Positions 27,277 to 41,787 of a stretch of DNA of 64,000 bases are shown one piece after another (the first letter of the stretch is position 1; each line of letters begins with the position of its first letter). The notes beneath the pieces are model-generated. The model was not told the origin of the DNA. It made no database searches and worked only from the letters and a program-made list of their open reading frames with translations. Origin of the DNA: Amoebidium appalachense (lineage: Eukaryota > Protista > Ichthyosporea); contig CAVNZM010000008.1 in assembly GCA_963693365.1 (NCBI GenBank), forward strand, positions 10,128,672 to 10,192,671, read 5' to 3'. The position numbers and the translations under genes are program-made.

Positions 27277-27830
27277 AGGGCTCAACCACATCGGCTGAGT
27301 CAACTTGCTTCGAGCAGAATTATTCTGCAAAAAGAAGAATAATTCTGCAAAAAGCAGAATGATTCTGCAAAAGCAGAGTTAATCTGCAAAAGCAGAATCA
27401 TTCTGCTAAAAGCAAAATTCTGCAAACAGCAGAACTGAAAGCAGAATAATTCTGCTTTTTATGGAATTATTTTGCTAAAACAGAATTATTCTGCTATAAG
27501 CAGTATAGCAGAATTATTCTGCTGCCGAAAGCAGAATATTTCTGCTTTTTACGGAATAATTCTGCTAAAAGCAGAATAATAATCCTGCGAAAAGCAGCAG
27601 AGTGATTCTGCTTTTGCGGAATAATTCTGTTTAAAGCAAAATAATTGTGCTAAAAGCAGAGTGATTCTGCTTTTGCAGAATAATTCTGCTTTTTGCAGAA
27701 TAATTCTGCTTTTTGCAGAATAATTCTGCTTTTTGCAGAATAATTCTGCTAAAAGCAGAAAAATTCACACTTCTGCAGAAAAATTCTGCTTTTTGCTTGC
27801 AAGTTGTGTCTGCCGATGTGGTTGGGCCCT
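27277..27830 (-). mobile_element. Foldback MITE, copy 2 (opposite orientation)
   Basis: TIRs agggctcaaccacatcgg / ccgatgtggttgggccct; flanks ctctag / ccctag; same internal satellite. Confidence 0.85.
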
Positions 27831-28230
27831 CCCTAGGGGTGCCTCATGAATACAAACTTATGTACCGTCTTCCACTATGTAGGCACCGACCGTACCCTAG
27901 CTGGGGCACTAATGAATCAGCTAAGCTATGTACACCGCTACCCGAGTTAAAAACTACTAGCACACACTTAACCAAGGGTTTTTGCCCTTCCTTATAAGCC
28001 TCTAGTCGGACGGTCACGTTTTATACAGAAGTACCTCTGACTTTCCGAACAATGTTTGATTTCTGCAACATAAATCAGATCCCGTTGTAGCTACATGAAG
28101 CTGGCAGTCTTCTTTGCATATTTTGGATAAACAACATGAATATGTTTTTTTTTTTTTTGTTTTTTTTTTTGTGATTTTGTGTTAACGTGTTGGTGTACGT
28201 GTGTGTGTGTGTGTGTATACGTGTGTGTGT

Positions 28231-28268
<38 letters not shown>

Positions 28269-28473
28269 TGGGAGGGGAGAGGGCAAGGAAGGTAGGGAGG
28301 GAGGGGGGTGGGGGGATTAATATTGGGGCTCCCCGAGGCATGTATTAATATTGATTACAACTATCACTACTATTGTGTAGGCATCATTTTGTTTCTTGCT
28401 TTTCTTTCTTTTGAGGATGACTTGCCCTTCTCTTTTTTTGCTTGTATGTGTGTGTATGCATTGCGTGCCGTCA

Positions 28474-28509
<36 letters not shown>

Positions 28510-28525
28510 GGGGGGGGGGGGGAGG

Positions 28526-28596
<71 letters not shown>

Positions 28597-28897
28597 TGTG
28601 TGTGTGTGGATGGGTGCGTGCGTGTGTGTTAAACTTTGTGTGTGTATGTGTGACCGGGTGTGTGGGTAGGTGGTGGTGGTAGTGGTGTGTGTGTGTGTTG
28701 GGGGTCGTGGGGGATGGTAGAGCCGGCAGGTGCATGTATGTCTTGTGTGTTTGGAAGAGGGGGAGAAGGGGGCGCTCGCGGGGGGGGGGGGGGGGGGGGG
28801 GGGGGGGTTTGAATGCGGAACACGGTACGAAGTACGCATACACGAAGGACAAATGCAAAGGCAAACATTCAAGTATGCAACATCAGCCATGCGCACA

Positions 28898-28934
<37 letters not shown>

Positions 28935-29420
28935 GGAATACGGGCACACACACGTATACCTCCGGCATGCATGATACAAATTTTAGCTTTTATTTTTCTC
29001 ATTTGGGTGTAAGAGTTCCACACACTATGTATGCTAAATGCTGTTTGCTTAAAGGAATACCTTAAAAGCAAACACTAGAACAGACTACCAGTTGTGTACC
29101 AACGACAATAAAAGTCGCCCACTGGCAACACACCACTAAATCAACCCCAAGATCAACATTCCGTACCGTTTTACCGTATCATACCAAATAAGCCTAGAAG
29201 AACCTATTCATCTGGACTCGGGTCGAGATAACCAAAACATGTGCTAGGTGTAAACCAACACACAAACCTTAACACACAGCAACTCCCATTCGATGTCTCA
29301 AACCAGACGACCAAACCACCAACAAAATTAGCTCCAGTTGCGCAAAAGAAGAAGCATCCAATCACGTGATTTTTAGCCAATCGCATGCGCTTGGAGCAAC
29401 CAATATAAGCCAGTGCTCTC

Positions 29421-29788
29421 TTACTCGGCCTTCTTCTCGGCAGCAGTCTTGGCTGCGGCGGGGGCACCCGGGGTCTGCTTCTTGGCATCGGCCAGCTGTT
29501 GCTGTGGGCCAAAAAAGGAAATAATGTGTGAGTGTTGGTTGGCTGCATACGAGTTGTCAAGCCGGACAGGCAATGTGTGTGTGTGTACGTGTGTACGTGT
29601 ACGTGTACGTGTGTGTGTGTCGCGTGCGTTTACCCCGTGTGCGTGTGCGATGTCCAAATAAGCATGAAAAGACACCGTACCGACACACCCACACCCACAC
29701 CCTGGAGGTGTTGGGTTAAACCGTGTAAAAAAACCATCACCCACATGCTATGTAAAACGTCCGGTCACGAAAGTTGGTGCAGTGAGAG

Positions 29789-29819
<31 letters not shown>

Positions 29820-30788
29820 AGGGGGGGGAGGGAGGTAGGGAGTGAGTGGGCTAGTGTGAGTGTCGCATGGTGCTTTAGTGTATTCTTCATGTGGTAAAGG
29901 TCAAATGAGTACGTGGGCGCACATGTGTGTAAGGTCGGGAAAAAAGTGCCGTCCTCAATGGAGTTCGTGCTGGCTGTCGGGCAAGGAGAGGGAGAGGGGG
30001 GGAAGAGTGGGGGGAGCGGCGGCCAGAGGGGGGGGGGGGGGGGGGGGTTTAGGGTGTGTTGCGATTAAGTGTGGGTGCTTTGGACAACACAAAACAGATT
30101 GCAACGCACACACAAAGATTTGGGGGGGGGGGGAGGGGGGGGGGGAAAGGGGGGGGGGGGGGGGGGGGGAGGGGGGGGGGGGAGGCTGTACCTTCAGTTC
30201 GCTGTGTTCGCATGCGCGCCCATAGGCAAACACGATGGCCCTGCATTAGAAATCCAACGGTCAACATAAGCCCCCCCAAATACATATCATCAATTATCAC
30301 TTTGAAAATAGGAAAAATCTCCGCGCATTCATCTTCATGCGCCAAACTATCCCCCCCCCCCCCCCTGCCGTCGCGGAGCCTATTAGGCCTACATATGCTG
30401 CATACTTGTGTATTTGTTTTTGGGTATCTGCATAATATTACGTGTGCCATCCCCTCCCCACCCTCCCACCCTCTTCCCCATTTAAACACCCCCCCCAAAA
30501 AACGGGAAGTCTAACAGACAGCCGGGTGGGTTAAAACGGGGAGGGGGGGAGGGGGGGGGGGGGGGGGGGGGGGCAAATAGTCCCAGCCACGGCTACCGGA
30601 CATCCGTAATGCAGCTTTAGGGATCTTCGGTGTGTGTATGTGTGAGGGGACGGAGGGAGGAGAGGAGGGAGAGGCCCGGGTGGGGGAGGGGACGAAGGGG
30701 GGAGAAGGGGGGCAGGGGATGTATTCGTTAGAGGGTAGTAAAACGCTGACTAGGGCGGAACTTTGTCTTCGAACGGAAAGCTATGCCT

Positions 30789-30824
<36 letters not shown>

Positions 30825-30961
30825 AACGAAAAACAAAACAAAACATGCAGTACGCAGTGAAGTTTGACAGACAAACCCAGAAAACGGACCAGGCTGGCCC
30901 AAAATGCACACACCGAAAAAGCAGCAGAAATGGGAAACTTCCTTCAAAAGACCTCCAAGCA

Positions 30962-30994
<33 letters not shown>

Positions 30995-31145
30995 TGTGTT
31001 ACAAGAGTACGATGTACACATCTACGACGGGCACATCAAAGCAGCATTCACATAAAAGAGAACACACCAAGAGTATGCATCCTTGTGTGTACGTGTGTGT
31101 GTGTGCGCGCGCCCACGCGCGCATGTGTCTGTGTGCGCGCACCCA

Positions 31146-31216
<71 letters not shown>

Positions 31217-31970
31217 CAAAGGGGTGAGGGTGGGGGGTGGGGGACTCATTATCAAAAAGGCGTAACCAGAGAGGGTTGCATTAAAAAACCAAAGGGGAGG
31301 GGGGGGGGGTTTGAATGCGTCAAAAAGTACGAAGTACACAAGAACAAACGGATAACACGATGCAGAATGCAAGCCATACATAAAGAGTATGCATAATAAG
31401 CAGAGCCCATCCTCAGGGGGGGCCCACGTCATCCACAGTACCCGAGTTTCGACCTATTCCCCTCGTTAACGAAACCCAACTCAGATACTGTTTCACTTGA
31501 ACATGAGTAGGTCACCCGTCTTGATCAGAGACGAGCAGGGTTGCTTATGCAGGCAAGGGCAGTGGGAAAGGCCGGGGGTTAAAGTTGCAGCAGTAAGCAG
31601 AAGCAAGAAAAATATAGATAGGAACTCAGGAGACGGGGCTGGGGGGGGGGGGGGGGGAGGGTTCAGAGGTGGGCACTCGTAAGTAATACAGAGGAAAAAG
31701 TACACATTCCTGACGGGCAGCACAATGAAGTTTTTTTATTTTTTTTATTTTTTTTTTATTTTTTTTTATTTGTTGTTTTTTATATATTAAATTCTGGGGG
31801 GGGAGGGGGAGGGGGGGGCACATACAGCCAGAGATAGACGGCAAAGAAGCCAATGTAGCTGTTCCTCTCTGTGCGCCACTTCTTGTTCAGAGCAGCCTGC
31901 GTATGCAACACACACGCATCGGTCAGAATGCTTCCAGAATCCTCCCCCTCACGCACACATAATCCCCCTT

Positions 31971-32006
<36 letters not shown>

Positions 32007-32754
32007 ATTACATCCTTCCCACTGTTCTCCTTCAATCCCAGCCGGCATCCCCACTTTTGGACCCTCACAGATATACTTCAGCATCTAAATACCGTCAAGC
32101 TCAGTACACATCTTCCCATTCGTCCACAACACACACGCACACACACACACACACACACATCCTCCCCTGCAACTCTCATAAAGCACCAAAGCACCGTGAA
32201 ATCGCTTCCCACATCACTCCCCCTCTTCCCCCTCCCTCCACCCCCCACCTCCCCGGTCAATAACATCCCCCATTCCCAATGTCACTCTAATAACTGCCCC
32301 CTATCCCCCCCCCCCCCCCCCCCCCCTTCCCCACCCTGCCAACCTCTAACCCACCCACACAAAACAAGCCAAGGAGCAAAACCGCAAATACGGCCAATAG
32401 CAAATACGAACAAAATTACACAATTTCAATCCCCATCGAACCGAAAGGGATGGGGGAAACAAAAAAAAAGGGGGGGGAGAGGGGGGATACATACAGCGTG
32501 GTTCAGGGCATATCCGGCCTCGGAGGGATCCAGGACATGGTAGCGCTGGTGGGCCTCATACTGCTCCTTAAAGGCGGCTGCACACACACACACTATGTTA
32601 AAGAAACAAAACAACACGTGGGACGTGGACGAACCTACGGGATCAGTATAAAGAGAACACTTTCATATCCCCCCCCCTCCCCCCCACAAACACAACATGC
32701 ACTTCCATGCCAGCTGTCAGCACCTTCTCTTACCCCCCCCCAAAAAAAAACCTC

Positions 32755-32785
<31 letters not shown>

Positions 32786-33989
32786 AGGGGAGAGAGGGGG
32801 GGGGGGGGGGGGGGGGAGGGGGAGATGTTGTTTTGCCCGTACATGGTATGTGTGATTGAAAAGAGCACTAAAAGGTAGGGTGGCAAAGAGAAATCCAACA
32901 GGATATTGATTGGAAAAAAAAACTGAAATGAAAAATAGGAAACCCCGGGAGCTAAATGAAGCTCTGTGATTAAAAATAAGATAAGCGACTGCCTACTGCA
33001 AAAGGGAAGGGAGGAAGGGGGAAGGGGGGGGGGGGGGGGAGGGCGCGTGGTGGCCACACTCGATTAAATGGGGAAGAGAATGTGGGGAAAAGAGACTGCA
33101 AAACACATGCAGTGGGATTAAGTTGCAACTAATCACTTAAGAAACTTTTGCACAGATATAATTTTGCACGTTCAAAGTGAACCAGCCGAAGCAGCTGGGG
33201 GAGGGGGGGGCGGGGGGGGGGGGGAGGGGCAGGAGGAGGAGGATGGGGTGCAGGACTGCGGGAGGGTGGGGGCGGGGGGTTGGTGGTGGTGGTGGTGGGG
33301 GGGGGGGGGGGGGGGAGGGGGGGGGAGGAGGATGGTAGTGGGTGACGGGGAAATGCAGTACATACCACCGGCGCAGAAGAGAACGGCCAAGCCAATAACG
33401 ATGAAGTAGGGCCGAATAGTATTCACTGTGGTTTCACGTGAGTTTATGATGTGTAAAAAGGGGAAAGACAAGGCGAAGGGGGTTGGGTGGGTGGGTGGGT
33501 GGTGGTGGTGGGTGAGGTGGGGGGGGGGGGGGGGGGGGCATATGCGGGGAACCGGAGGGCAAGGGGGGGGGGGGGGATTAGGGATTCAAGGCGGCATCGT
33601 TGCATGCCATTCATGTATGATAAGTGGGCAGGTTAAAGCCAAAAGATGAGGAAGTGTGCGCGCACACATGTGTGGCAGCTTGCTCGTGTGTGAGTGTGCA
33701 GCAGAAACACCACGTTTCAAACCATTTCATAAGTCGATGTCATATGGCATGGATTGACTAACGACTTACCTCCTAGCTAAGAAGATGAATGCGCTGATGA
33801 GCTGAGTGCAGCTGAGAATGAAAAACAAAAATCATTTCACATATTTTTTTCATCTACTGTTGAGTGTTGGTGAGGGGTTGGACTGCTTGCATCCTTTTTC
33901 AAAGCGGTGTGATGCAAAAACGAAAGGAGAAAGCAGGGAGCAAGAGAGAAGAAAAAACACAGCAGAGGGAAAGGGGAAGGGGGGAGGCA

Positions 33990-34025
<36 letters not shown>

Positions 34026-34266
34026 TTAAGCGGGAAGCAAGGGGGGGAGGGGGAAAGGGGGGGGGGGGGGGGAGGGGGGAGGGGAGGGGGGAAGAAGGAA
34101 GGAGGAGTGGAGGGAAATGGGACGGAATTAGGACAGGTCACTCACTTGGCATGCGCTTAACCACCCACACAAACGCCCTCCGGATACCCGGAAGGAGCAA
34201 CATCATAAGCATAACGCACTCGGCGCAAAGGAAGTAGAAGAGAACACCCCACATGGTGAGCGCCAT
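29421..34266 (-). CDS. BAP31/BAP29 (Yet)-like ER membrane protein, paralog 1, 154 aa; exons 34266-34146, 33425-33366, 32577-32495, 31896-31826, 30240-30192, 29501-29421
   Basis: Spliced product MALTMWGVLFYFLCAECVMLMMLLLP..KKWRTERNSYIGFFAVYLWL..KKAE*; three TM segments, RN-x-YI motif, C-terminal KKxx; all intron phases consistent. Confidence 0.85.
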
Positions 34267-34689
34267 TTTCTCGATTTCTTTCTAACTCACGTTTTCTTCA
34301 ATTCAACTCGTGTGTGAAGCAAGGCCTTGGTGTGAAGTGAAAGACCTTCCGAAGTTGGCTGTTCAGTGATTCAAATTTTTTTCGGCACGATTGTAGAGGG
34401 GGGTAAACTTGGGTCGTGCAGGACCTATGGTGTGGACATCGTAGATTGACCCATCCGGGAAAATAGATCCTATAAATTTCGCGATCCTATAACTTACCCG
34501 CAGTCTATCCCATTCGGGTAAAAGACACATTTTTCGACGCGTCTCATCAAGGGGGCAAACTGACGCCTCGAAACGTTAAAAAAAAAAAAGGAAAACTGCA
34601 AAAAAAAATTCTCATTGAGAAATGGACGGATTTTCGGAGGGGGAAAAAAAATAAAAATTCAGCCTCGGCCAGGATCGAACTGCAGCCCA

Positions 34690-35056
34690 AAAAACAGGGT
34701 TACATCGAGAGTGAAAAAGTACACCAATTATGCGCTAGAGCTATAATTTTGCATGATAATTATGTAAATAGAGTTTTCTTTAAACGTTTGGTACAGAACA
34801 ATTATAACTCAATTGGTTCAGCGTCAGCGACAGAAAAACCAACTGCACCAAATCTGATACATTTCAGTAATATTAAAACGTACCAGATTTGGTGCAGTTG
34901 GTTTTTCTGTCGCTGACGCTGAACCAATTGAGTTATTATTTTTCTGTGACAAAGGTTTGAAGAAAACACTATTTACATAAGTATCATGCAAAAATTATAG
35001 CTCTAGCGCATAATTGGTGTACCTTTTCACTCTCGATGTAATGTGACCCTGTTTTT
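34690..35056. mobile_element. Foldback/MITE-like palindrome, ~170-bp arms, ~20-bp loop
   Basis: 34690-34860 is the reverse complement of 34880-35056 with scattered mismatches. Confidence 0.8.
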
Positions 35057-35449
35057 CATATGAATTTGGCCCGGAGACTGATCGCCGCAATTGCATGGTT
35101 TCATCCTCGTTAACCCTACTAACCCGAGTGGGCCATATATATGTTTTCAAGAGGTGCTGGTTGGGCGGAAAAGGCTCAAAAGTATGGAAAAAGCTGTGTC
35201 CAAGTATTATGTGATGACATAGAAACGTTTTCTAACAGCTTTAGCCATGTTTATACGCCTCTTTTTATTTTTCTATATTAGGACCCTTTTTCTATATAAC
35301 TGAGTTCCGGAAGCGTGCTTTCGGATTTTCGAAAGCCACCATGAACAACCATTTGCGAGCGAGGGATGTGTGTGATTGGCTCAGCATGAAAGTGCGAGCT
35401 GAGAAATCGATTGGCAAAATGGTTGATTAGCAGCTCATTAGCTTTGGCG

Positions 35450-35767
35450 TCACTGCGGCAACGTGTGATAAGCACTAGCGCACATGTACACGCCCTTTCC
35501 ACTCGCATCATGCATGCCATTTTGCGAGATCACAAAAGGCGTATGTATTGTACATGTAGGTAATACGTAAATCAGGGGCGTGCTGTATTCTGACTCATTG
35601 TTTCGTGTTTCGTGTGTAGGCCCTCTGTTGGACATTGTGTTCATAGAAGCTAGTTCTAGTGCACGACGTCGTTGTTCCTTCTGTAAGTCAGAAATGATTG
35701 CATCTTGTGAGGCCAACCTCTGCTCCAGTAGTTGGACTAGTTGCTGCAACTGTAAGTTGTCAGACAT
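35450..35767 (-). CDS. Hypothetical small coiled-coil protein
   Basis: MSDNLQLQQLVQLLEQRLASQDAIISDLQKEQRRR heptads; TATATAAA on minus strand near 35880. Confidence 0.4.
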   Translation of the reverse strand: MSDNLQLQQLVQLLEQRLASQDAIISDLQKEQRRRALELASMNTMSNRGPTHETRNNESEYSTPLIYVLPTCTIHTPFVISQNGMHDASGKGVYMCASAYHTLPQ

Positions 35768-36207
35768 AGTGTCGTGTATGATGGGTAACTAGTCTATGTG
35801 TTTTGTGCACTGAAAACGACAGTAGAAAAGTGTAAATCAAACGTTCTGCTTCCCATGTTTGTGACATGGGAGGCACTGCTTTATATAGTCGTTGGCCACC
35901 TCATGGTGGCCTCGTGTGCACCCTGGTGGTGGGCCATGTACAGCATGGCCGAAAAGAGAGCACAATGAAAACAAGTCGTTAAAGATATAAAAGTTAACTG
36001 TGCACGTTGAGTGGCTAGTTAACTTGCACTAAAGCACACAAATAAACGTGTTTAACACACCAATTGCAGTTAAACGTAAATCTTACTTCACACAACTAAA
36101 AATATTCTGAGAATATCCGGGAATAAAGCACACTACCACTCTAAGAATAGAATCCTGTGGCAAATATAGACATGACATCATCTGAACCGGGAATATTAAT
36201 TAATGAG

Positions 36208-36925
36208 TGTCGTATCCTAATGTATGTGTACTAGAGACGCGGCACTCTACTAAGTGTACACACACGAAAAGGAACGAACGTGTACAGAAAAACGGCAAAG
36301 TTTATTCAGACCAGGCTCCGACGGGCAAACTTAGATCCGAACGGAATGAGTCTAAGTTACGACTGAGGCCATCAAGGCCGTGCCCTACAAGATCATCATC
36401 ACCTGGCCCCCTACGATGCCACATTCCATTAACATTCCGATCTACTTTTATCGTGCGCCTGCACGAGCTAAGTCGATCTACTCAACTAATATATTTATCC
36501 ATGTCTCACCCCTCTCCCTTCCCCTAGTGGCACCGCAGAGTCTAATTCTACATTTCATACTATCTCCCTCCCCCCTCCCTCCCCCCTTTCCTCTGTCATC
36601 GAAATATATAAATACGTTTGGCAGCATACACTATCAAAACTTGCCAATATTTACAAAAGGGCTTCTGCCCGAACAATCACATTCCTAAGTCCTCCTACGA
36701 TCTATCCTACACACTAATTAGAATTCTATTGGTCGGCTGTCCCAGCTGACGTGGTCCTGCCCTGCGCCGGCAGAGGCAAGATGATGCACGCAGCTGCACA
36801 GCTATCTTGAGGCCCCGGACTTGATCTTGATGATCTGTGGACCCGGGCCACCCCCCCCCCCCCCCCCCCCCCCGATCTCGATCGTAGACTTAGACTGATC
36901 TGCTGAGACGGATTAGTATATGTCA
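36208..36925 (-). repeat. 3' LTR
   Basis: Near-identical to 43829-44544 (about 2 substitutions plus C-run length). Confidence 0.95.
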
Positions 36926-37128
36926 ACTCCCCCCCCGGCCCTCGGAAAAGCTGAGTCCCACCTCAGTCACATTACATCTAACACCCCCTAAAAAGACATA
37001 GACTAATCAGTCTCCTAAAAAAAATTAAATTAAATAAATTACGAAGAAAAATAATAAATTAATCTACACCATAAGCTTGATACCTACGGAGACACCTATG
37101 ATAATAAATTAGATTCCTACGACTACGT

Positions 37129-40100
37129 TCACACTCCTCCTCGGTCTCCTCCCCCTCCCTCCCCCTCCCCCCGTGTGTCTACGTGTATTTGCATCACTCC
37201 CCCCCCGGCCCCCTCCCCCACCGACTTTTTCACCCCACGATTAAACTGAGGAATAACTCTCTTTGGCCGAGAGGGAGCACTAGGCAACTCCCTCTGCACT
37301 AATCTAGCCTCATAAGCACGAATAGAAAACGGGCAATCCAAATGAAACTCAGGCAACCACTGATCTTCCTGATAACCTCCCTCAAAACGAATTAAATAAT
37401 AATTTACCTTACCTTCCTTACCTTCGATAACCTTTTTATCCATAATCCTATCTACTGCAGCCTCCGATACATCCACCGACCCGTCATAGTCGGGGGTGAA
37501 TGCATCTAACACTCGACGGCCCTCCGGCCGTTTAACCCTAAGGGCCCTATCATAATATTCCTTTATATCATCTACATTATAAAATCTAACATCACTCTCA
37601 TTATCTAACCTCTGCACCTTATATTCCGTCGGACCTACTTAGTAACCTAGCCACTATTTTATACGGACCGATAAAAAGAGGCAACCATTTCTTACCATAC
37701 TTACGAAGACCTTCACCTTCACCCTTACCTTCCTGCTCCTGCTTATATCTCTTTTTCCTAGTATGATCCCTAATAAAAACTAAAGTGCCCTCGGCAAATT
37801 CACGTAACGGACGTGTGGACACGTCTGCACGTGTCTGTGCCTGCTGTGTACGGGCCAGAGCTGCATCACGTGCAGCCCGGGCCCGGGTTAGTAGCTGCTC
37901 CCGGAACTCAGTCCAGTGGGGATAAGTTAGTCGGTCAGCCCCCCCCATCGGCAAAAGTGCCGTATCTAACAAACTAATAGCCTCCTGCCCATAGACCAAA
38001 TAAAACGGAGAAAAACCAGTCACAGCATGAGGGGTAGAATTATATGAATGAGCAATAAACCTAGACATATGATCCCAATCATTAGCCTCCACATCCACCA
38101 TTTTGCCAAAGGACTTCTGAAACACTGCATGCACACGTTCAGAGATGGCATTTGCTTGAGGGTGATATGCAGACGTAGTGATATGGGCTACCCTTAAAAT
38201 TTTACACACCTCCGACACCAACTGATTTAAAAACACACGACTCCTATCCGTTAACAAAACACGGGGACAACCAAACCTAAGACAAATTTCATCCACAAAA
38301 ATACGAGCAAACAACACGGCATTAGCAGTGGGGAGAGGAAAAACTTCAACCCAACGAGTGGCCACATCGGTGACGGTAACAAGAACAGTGTTACCCTCAA
38401 CCGTAGAATTAAAAGGACCGACCACATCCACTGCTACCCTTTCAAACACACGAACATTAAAATCCCTAATAAACGACGGGCGGGAACGAGAGTGGGGACT
38501 CTCATTCCTTTCCTGACAATGCATGCATGACAACACATAATCCCTCACCTCCCTACTCATACCCGGCCAAAAATACGAACGATTAACACGAAGCAACGTC
38601 CTATTTACACCTAAATGACCAGCCATGGGATGCTCATGCACCATATGCAAAACCTCAGGCACAAGTGCCGTCGGGACCCAAACTCGGTGTCCGTCTGGCC
38701 CAGAACAATGATAAACTAAATCCTGCTCTACCTGACACATTTTTGCTAACTTAGCTACCTTAATCCTCTGCCTTTTATTTTTAAATTTAATCGAATCAAC
38801 CGGCCCCTTTACATAATTCTTAACCAGACCAATCAACACATCTTCCTCCTGAGCTAAGATCAAAGCCGTAGGTGCTAAGGCAGGGGCCGAGCCATGAGAC
38901 TCGGTCCCGACCTCAGACACTGACAAATACCTCCCCCCCCCTCTCCTACACTTATAAGCAAGCAACCCCGGAACCCAAGAAGACACATCCACAGACACAG
39001 CATCTATTCCTTTCTGCTCACTCTCCCCCCCCTTCCCCCCCTCCCCCCCGTCTCTCACTAGCCCCCCCCTCCCCCTCCTTCTCTTCTTCAAACAAAATAT
39101 AAGCAGCACGAGAGAGAGCATCACAGTCAACCATTGTTTCACCCTTGGCATAAAACAATTTATAGGAGAACTCACCGAGAGCCGCGGCCCACTTCTGCAT
39201 CCTCTCGTTGACCAGACGAGTGGTGCCGGCCATGGCTAGGCAGGGCTTGTGGTCGGTGTAGACCTCAAACGTCCTGCCTGCGAGTATATACCTCCATGCC
39301 TGTGAGACTGCAGTGCCCAAAAGATAGCATGGGACTCTCTCTCCGGATTGCTATATCTACGTTCACTTTTACTAAATGAACGACTAGCATAAGCAATCAC
39401 TCTATCCTGCCCCTCCTACACTTGATATAACACGGCCCCCTCAGCAACCTTACTTGCATCACACCGAACTTTAAACATCCCCCCCCCGGCCGAAAAATCA
39501 GGATGAACAAGCATACTCGAAGACTGCAAAGCTAACTTAAGCTTTTCGAAAGCAGAAACAGCATCAACATTCCAATCTATTCTATTCTTCTTCTCCCCCC
39601 CGTCTGACTAGTTAACGGCAAAGCAAGCACTGGCATACTATAATCCTTAATATAACGACGAAGATAATTAGTTAAACCTAAAAATTGCCTTAGTTGAGTG
39701 ACAGTCTGAGGACGGGGCCACTCAACTATGGCCCGGATTTTCTCCGGATCAGGGGAAAGGCCATTACTAGACACAATATGACCTAAAAACTTAACCTCCG
39801 GCACACCAATCACAGTCTTGCAACCGCTAATACGAAGACCAGACTCACCCAAAGCTAAAAATACTTTTTTACAATTATTAACTAACTCCTCAAATGACCT
39901 ACCTTTAATTAAAACATCATCCAAATAAGGGTGGCATACATCCAAATGAGGGTGGAGAATTTTATACATTACCCGGCACAACATACTATTAGCTGGAGAG
40001 GAGAGCAAACCCATCGGCACCACCTTGTACTGGAACAGCTGGTCACCCAGTGCAAAGGCAGTCTTCTCCTTGCTGCTCTCCTCCAACCTTATCTGCCAAA

Positions 40101-41787
40101 AAGCTGCTTTTAAATCAAGTTTAGCAAAGTGAGTATAGCCGTGCAGCTGTGAAAGCTGCTCGTCTATGTTAGGGAGAGGCCATTGGTCTGCCTTAGTGAT
40201 CCGATTCAGAGCCCTGTAATCGTTCACTAGACGCCAAGACCCGTCGGGCTTCTCCACGGACTCGAACTATGCTCCACATGACCCTTTTTTAACATATCAC
40301 TCACTATTATTAGCGCATCCGACAATTTATACTGCTCCATTCTATAGCTAGGCATCACTACCGGCCTATTATCACCTGTGTCGATCTGCATTTCAAACCC
40401 TTTAACGAAGCCTACTTCGTTATCATCGGCCAGAAATGCAAACCGAGTCCTATCAAATAACTTAGCTAGCAATTTTTTCTGTTCTACCGTCCAATCCCCC
40501 TCCTTCATACCAAACGGCAATACTAACTCCGGGTTACCCCCATCACAAGTGGATGCATCCTTATTCACCGGAGTGCCACTTAACATTGCACCTCCTGTAT
40601 TACATCGGTGCTGCTCGGGGTGAGGTGGAGGTACCTCCGGATATAGGCGGTCACCCTTAGCACCCCCCCCTCCCCCCGGCACACCCATGCCCCCGGGCAA
40701 TTCCTGATGAGTTAGTGCATGTATGTGGGGGGCCAGGTCTGTGGCCACCCTGCCCCCCACGGTGTTGGTTAACCCGTCAGATCCACGGGTTAGACCAACA
40801 CCCTCCCCCCCTGCCTGCACATTCTCACACCCGGGGTGACCCTCCTTCCTCTTGGGGGTCGGGGGAGTGGGACCGGTGCTGTCCCGGTCCCCCCCCCCCA
40901 TCGTGTCGGGTGACATTTTGGTGGCTAACGTTAAATAAAGTTGTTCCCCCTCCTCCTGAGTCACCCTTCGAGCCGGCATCCTCCTTTTGGGTAATAAGAG
41001 AGACCTCTATACTACCAATCTCATTAGTGAAACTACTGACGGAAACACCTGACCTAATCACTATAGGCTCGATGCCCGGATTCACTAATTCTATTTCTAT
41101 TGTCTTATCCGGCCATACCCTACTAAGGGTCCATTGGGCCACCTCCTGAAATGGGGTTTTCGGAGTAAAAACCCCTAAATCCCCTATCCTAACATGATTG
41201 CCGGCCCGGACACGTACCGTTTGGCACTGATAAGGCTCGATTACTACTTCAGCTACCGTTCTAGCACCAGACTGATAACCGTCGAGCCCATCATGGGTTT
41301 TAATTTTAACGCCGGACTGCAATTCTAAAACATTCGTACGTTCAAACAAAGCATTCACATGTCTACGGAAAAATGGGGCTCCCAACAAAACACTTTGAGC
41401 TAAATCCTTAACCACATAACAAGCAACATGCATAGCCTGGCCACCTATCTCACACGGCAACACACAAACACCTTCCACAGACATACTACTATTATTAGCA
41501 CTACCTAAGGCTGTGCTAGAAGCATCTAAAATAGGAATTTCCCCCCCGGCCTGATTAAAACGACGAATAAACGAAGCATGCACACAATTAACCTGAGCCC
41601 CTCCATCGAGCAAAGCAACAGCCTTCAACTTACCATCAGCTAACCATACGTCTATATAATGCCGGCTAAAACCAACTAAATCCTCCTCCAATTCAAGCAA
41701 CACATCATCACTCACACCCAATCCCTGCCCACGAAGACTCACACCCTCGATACCTACGTGCAACATACCTACCTGTGGTGCCTGCAC
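37129..41787 (-). pseudogene. pol: Disrupted Gypsy pol (protease, RT, RNase H, integrase, chromodomain)
   Basis: LLDGGAQVN protease; DYRALN..LDLKAAFWQI..YLDD RT; VYTDHKP..DALSR RNase H; HEHPMAGHLG..CMHC, D..D..E integrase; YYLIRFEGGYQEDQWLP chromodomain. Several frameshifts and a TAG near 39417. Confidence 0.9.

Noticed and set aside
36207-36688. ORFs duplicated at 36207/43828 and 36380/44001
   Set aside because: They lie inside the LTRs on the antisense strand, with no coding features.
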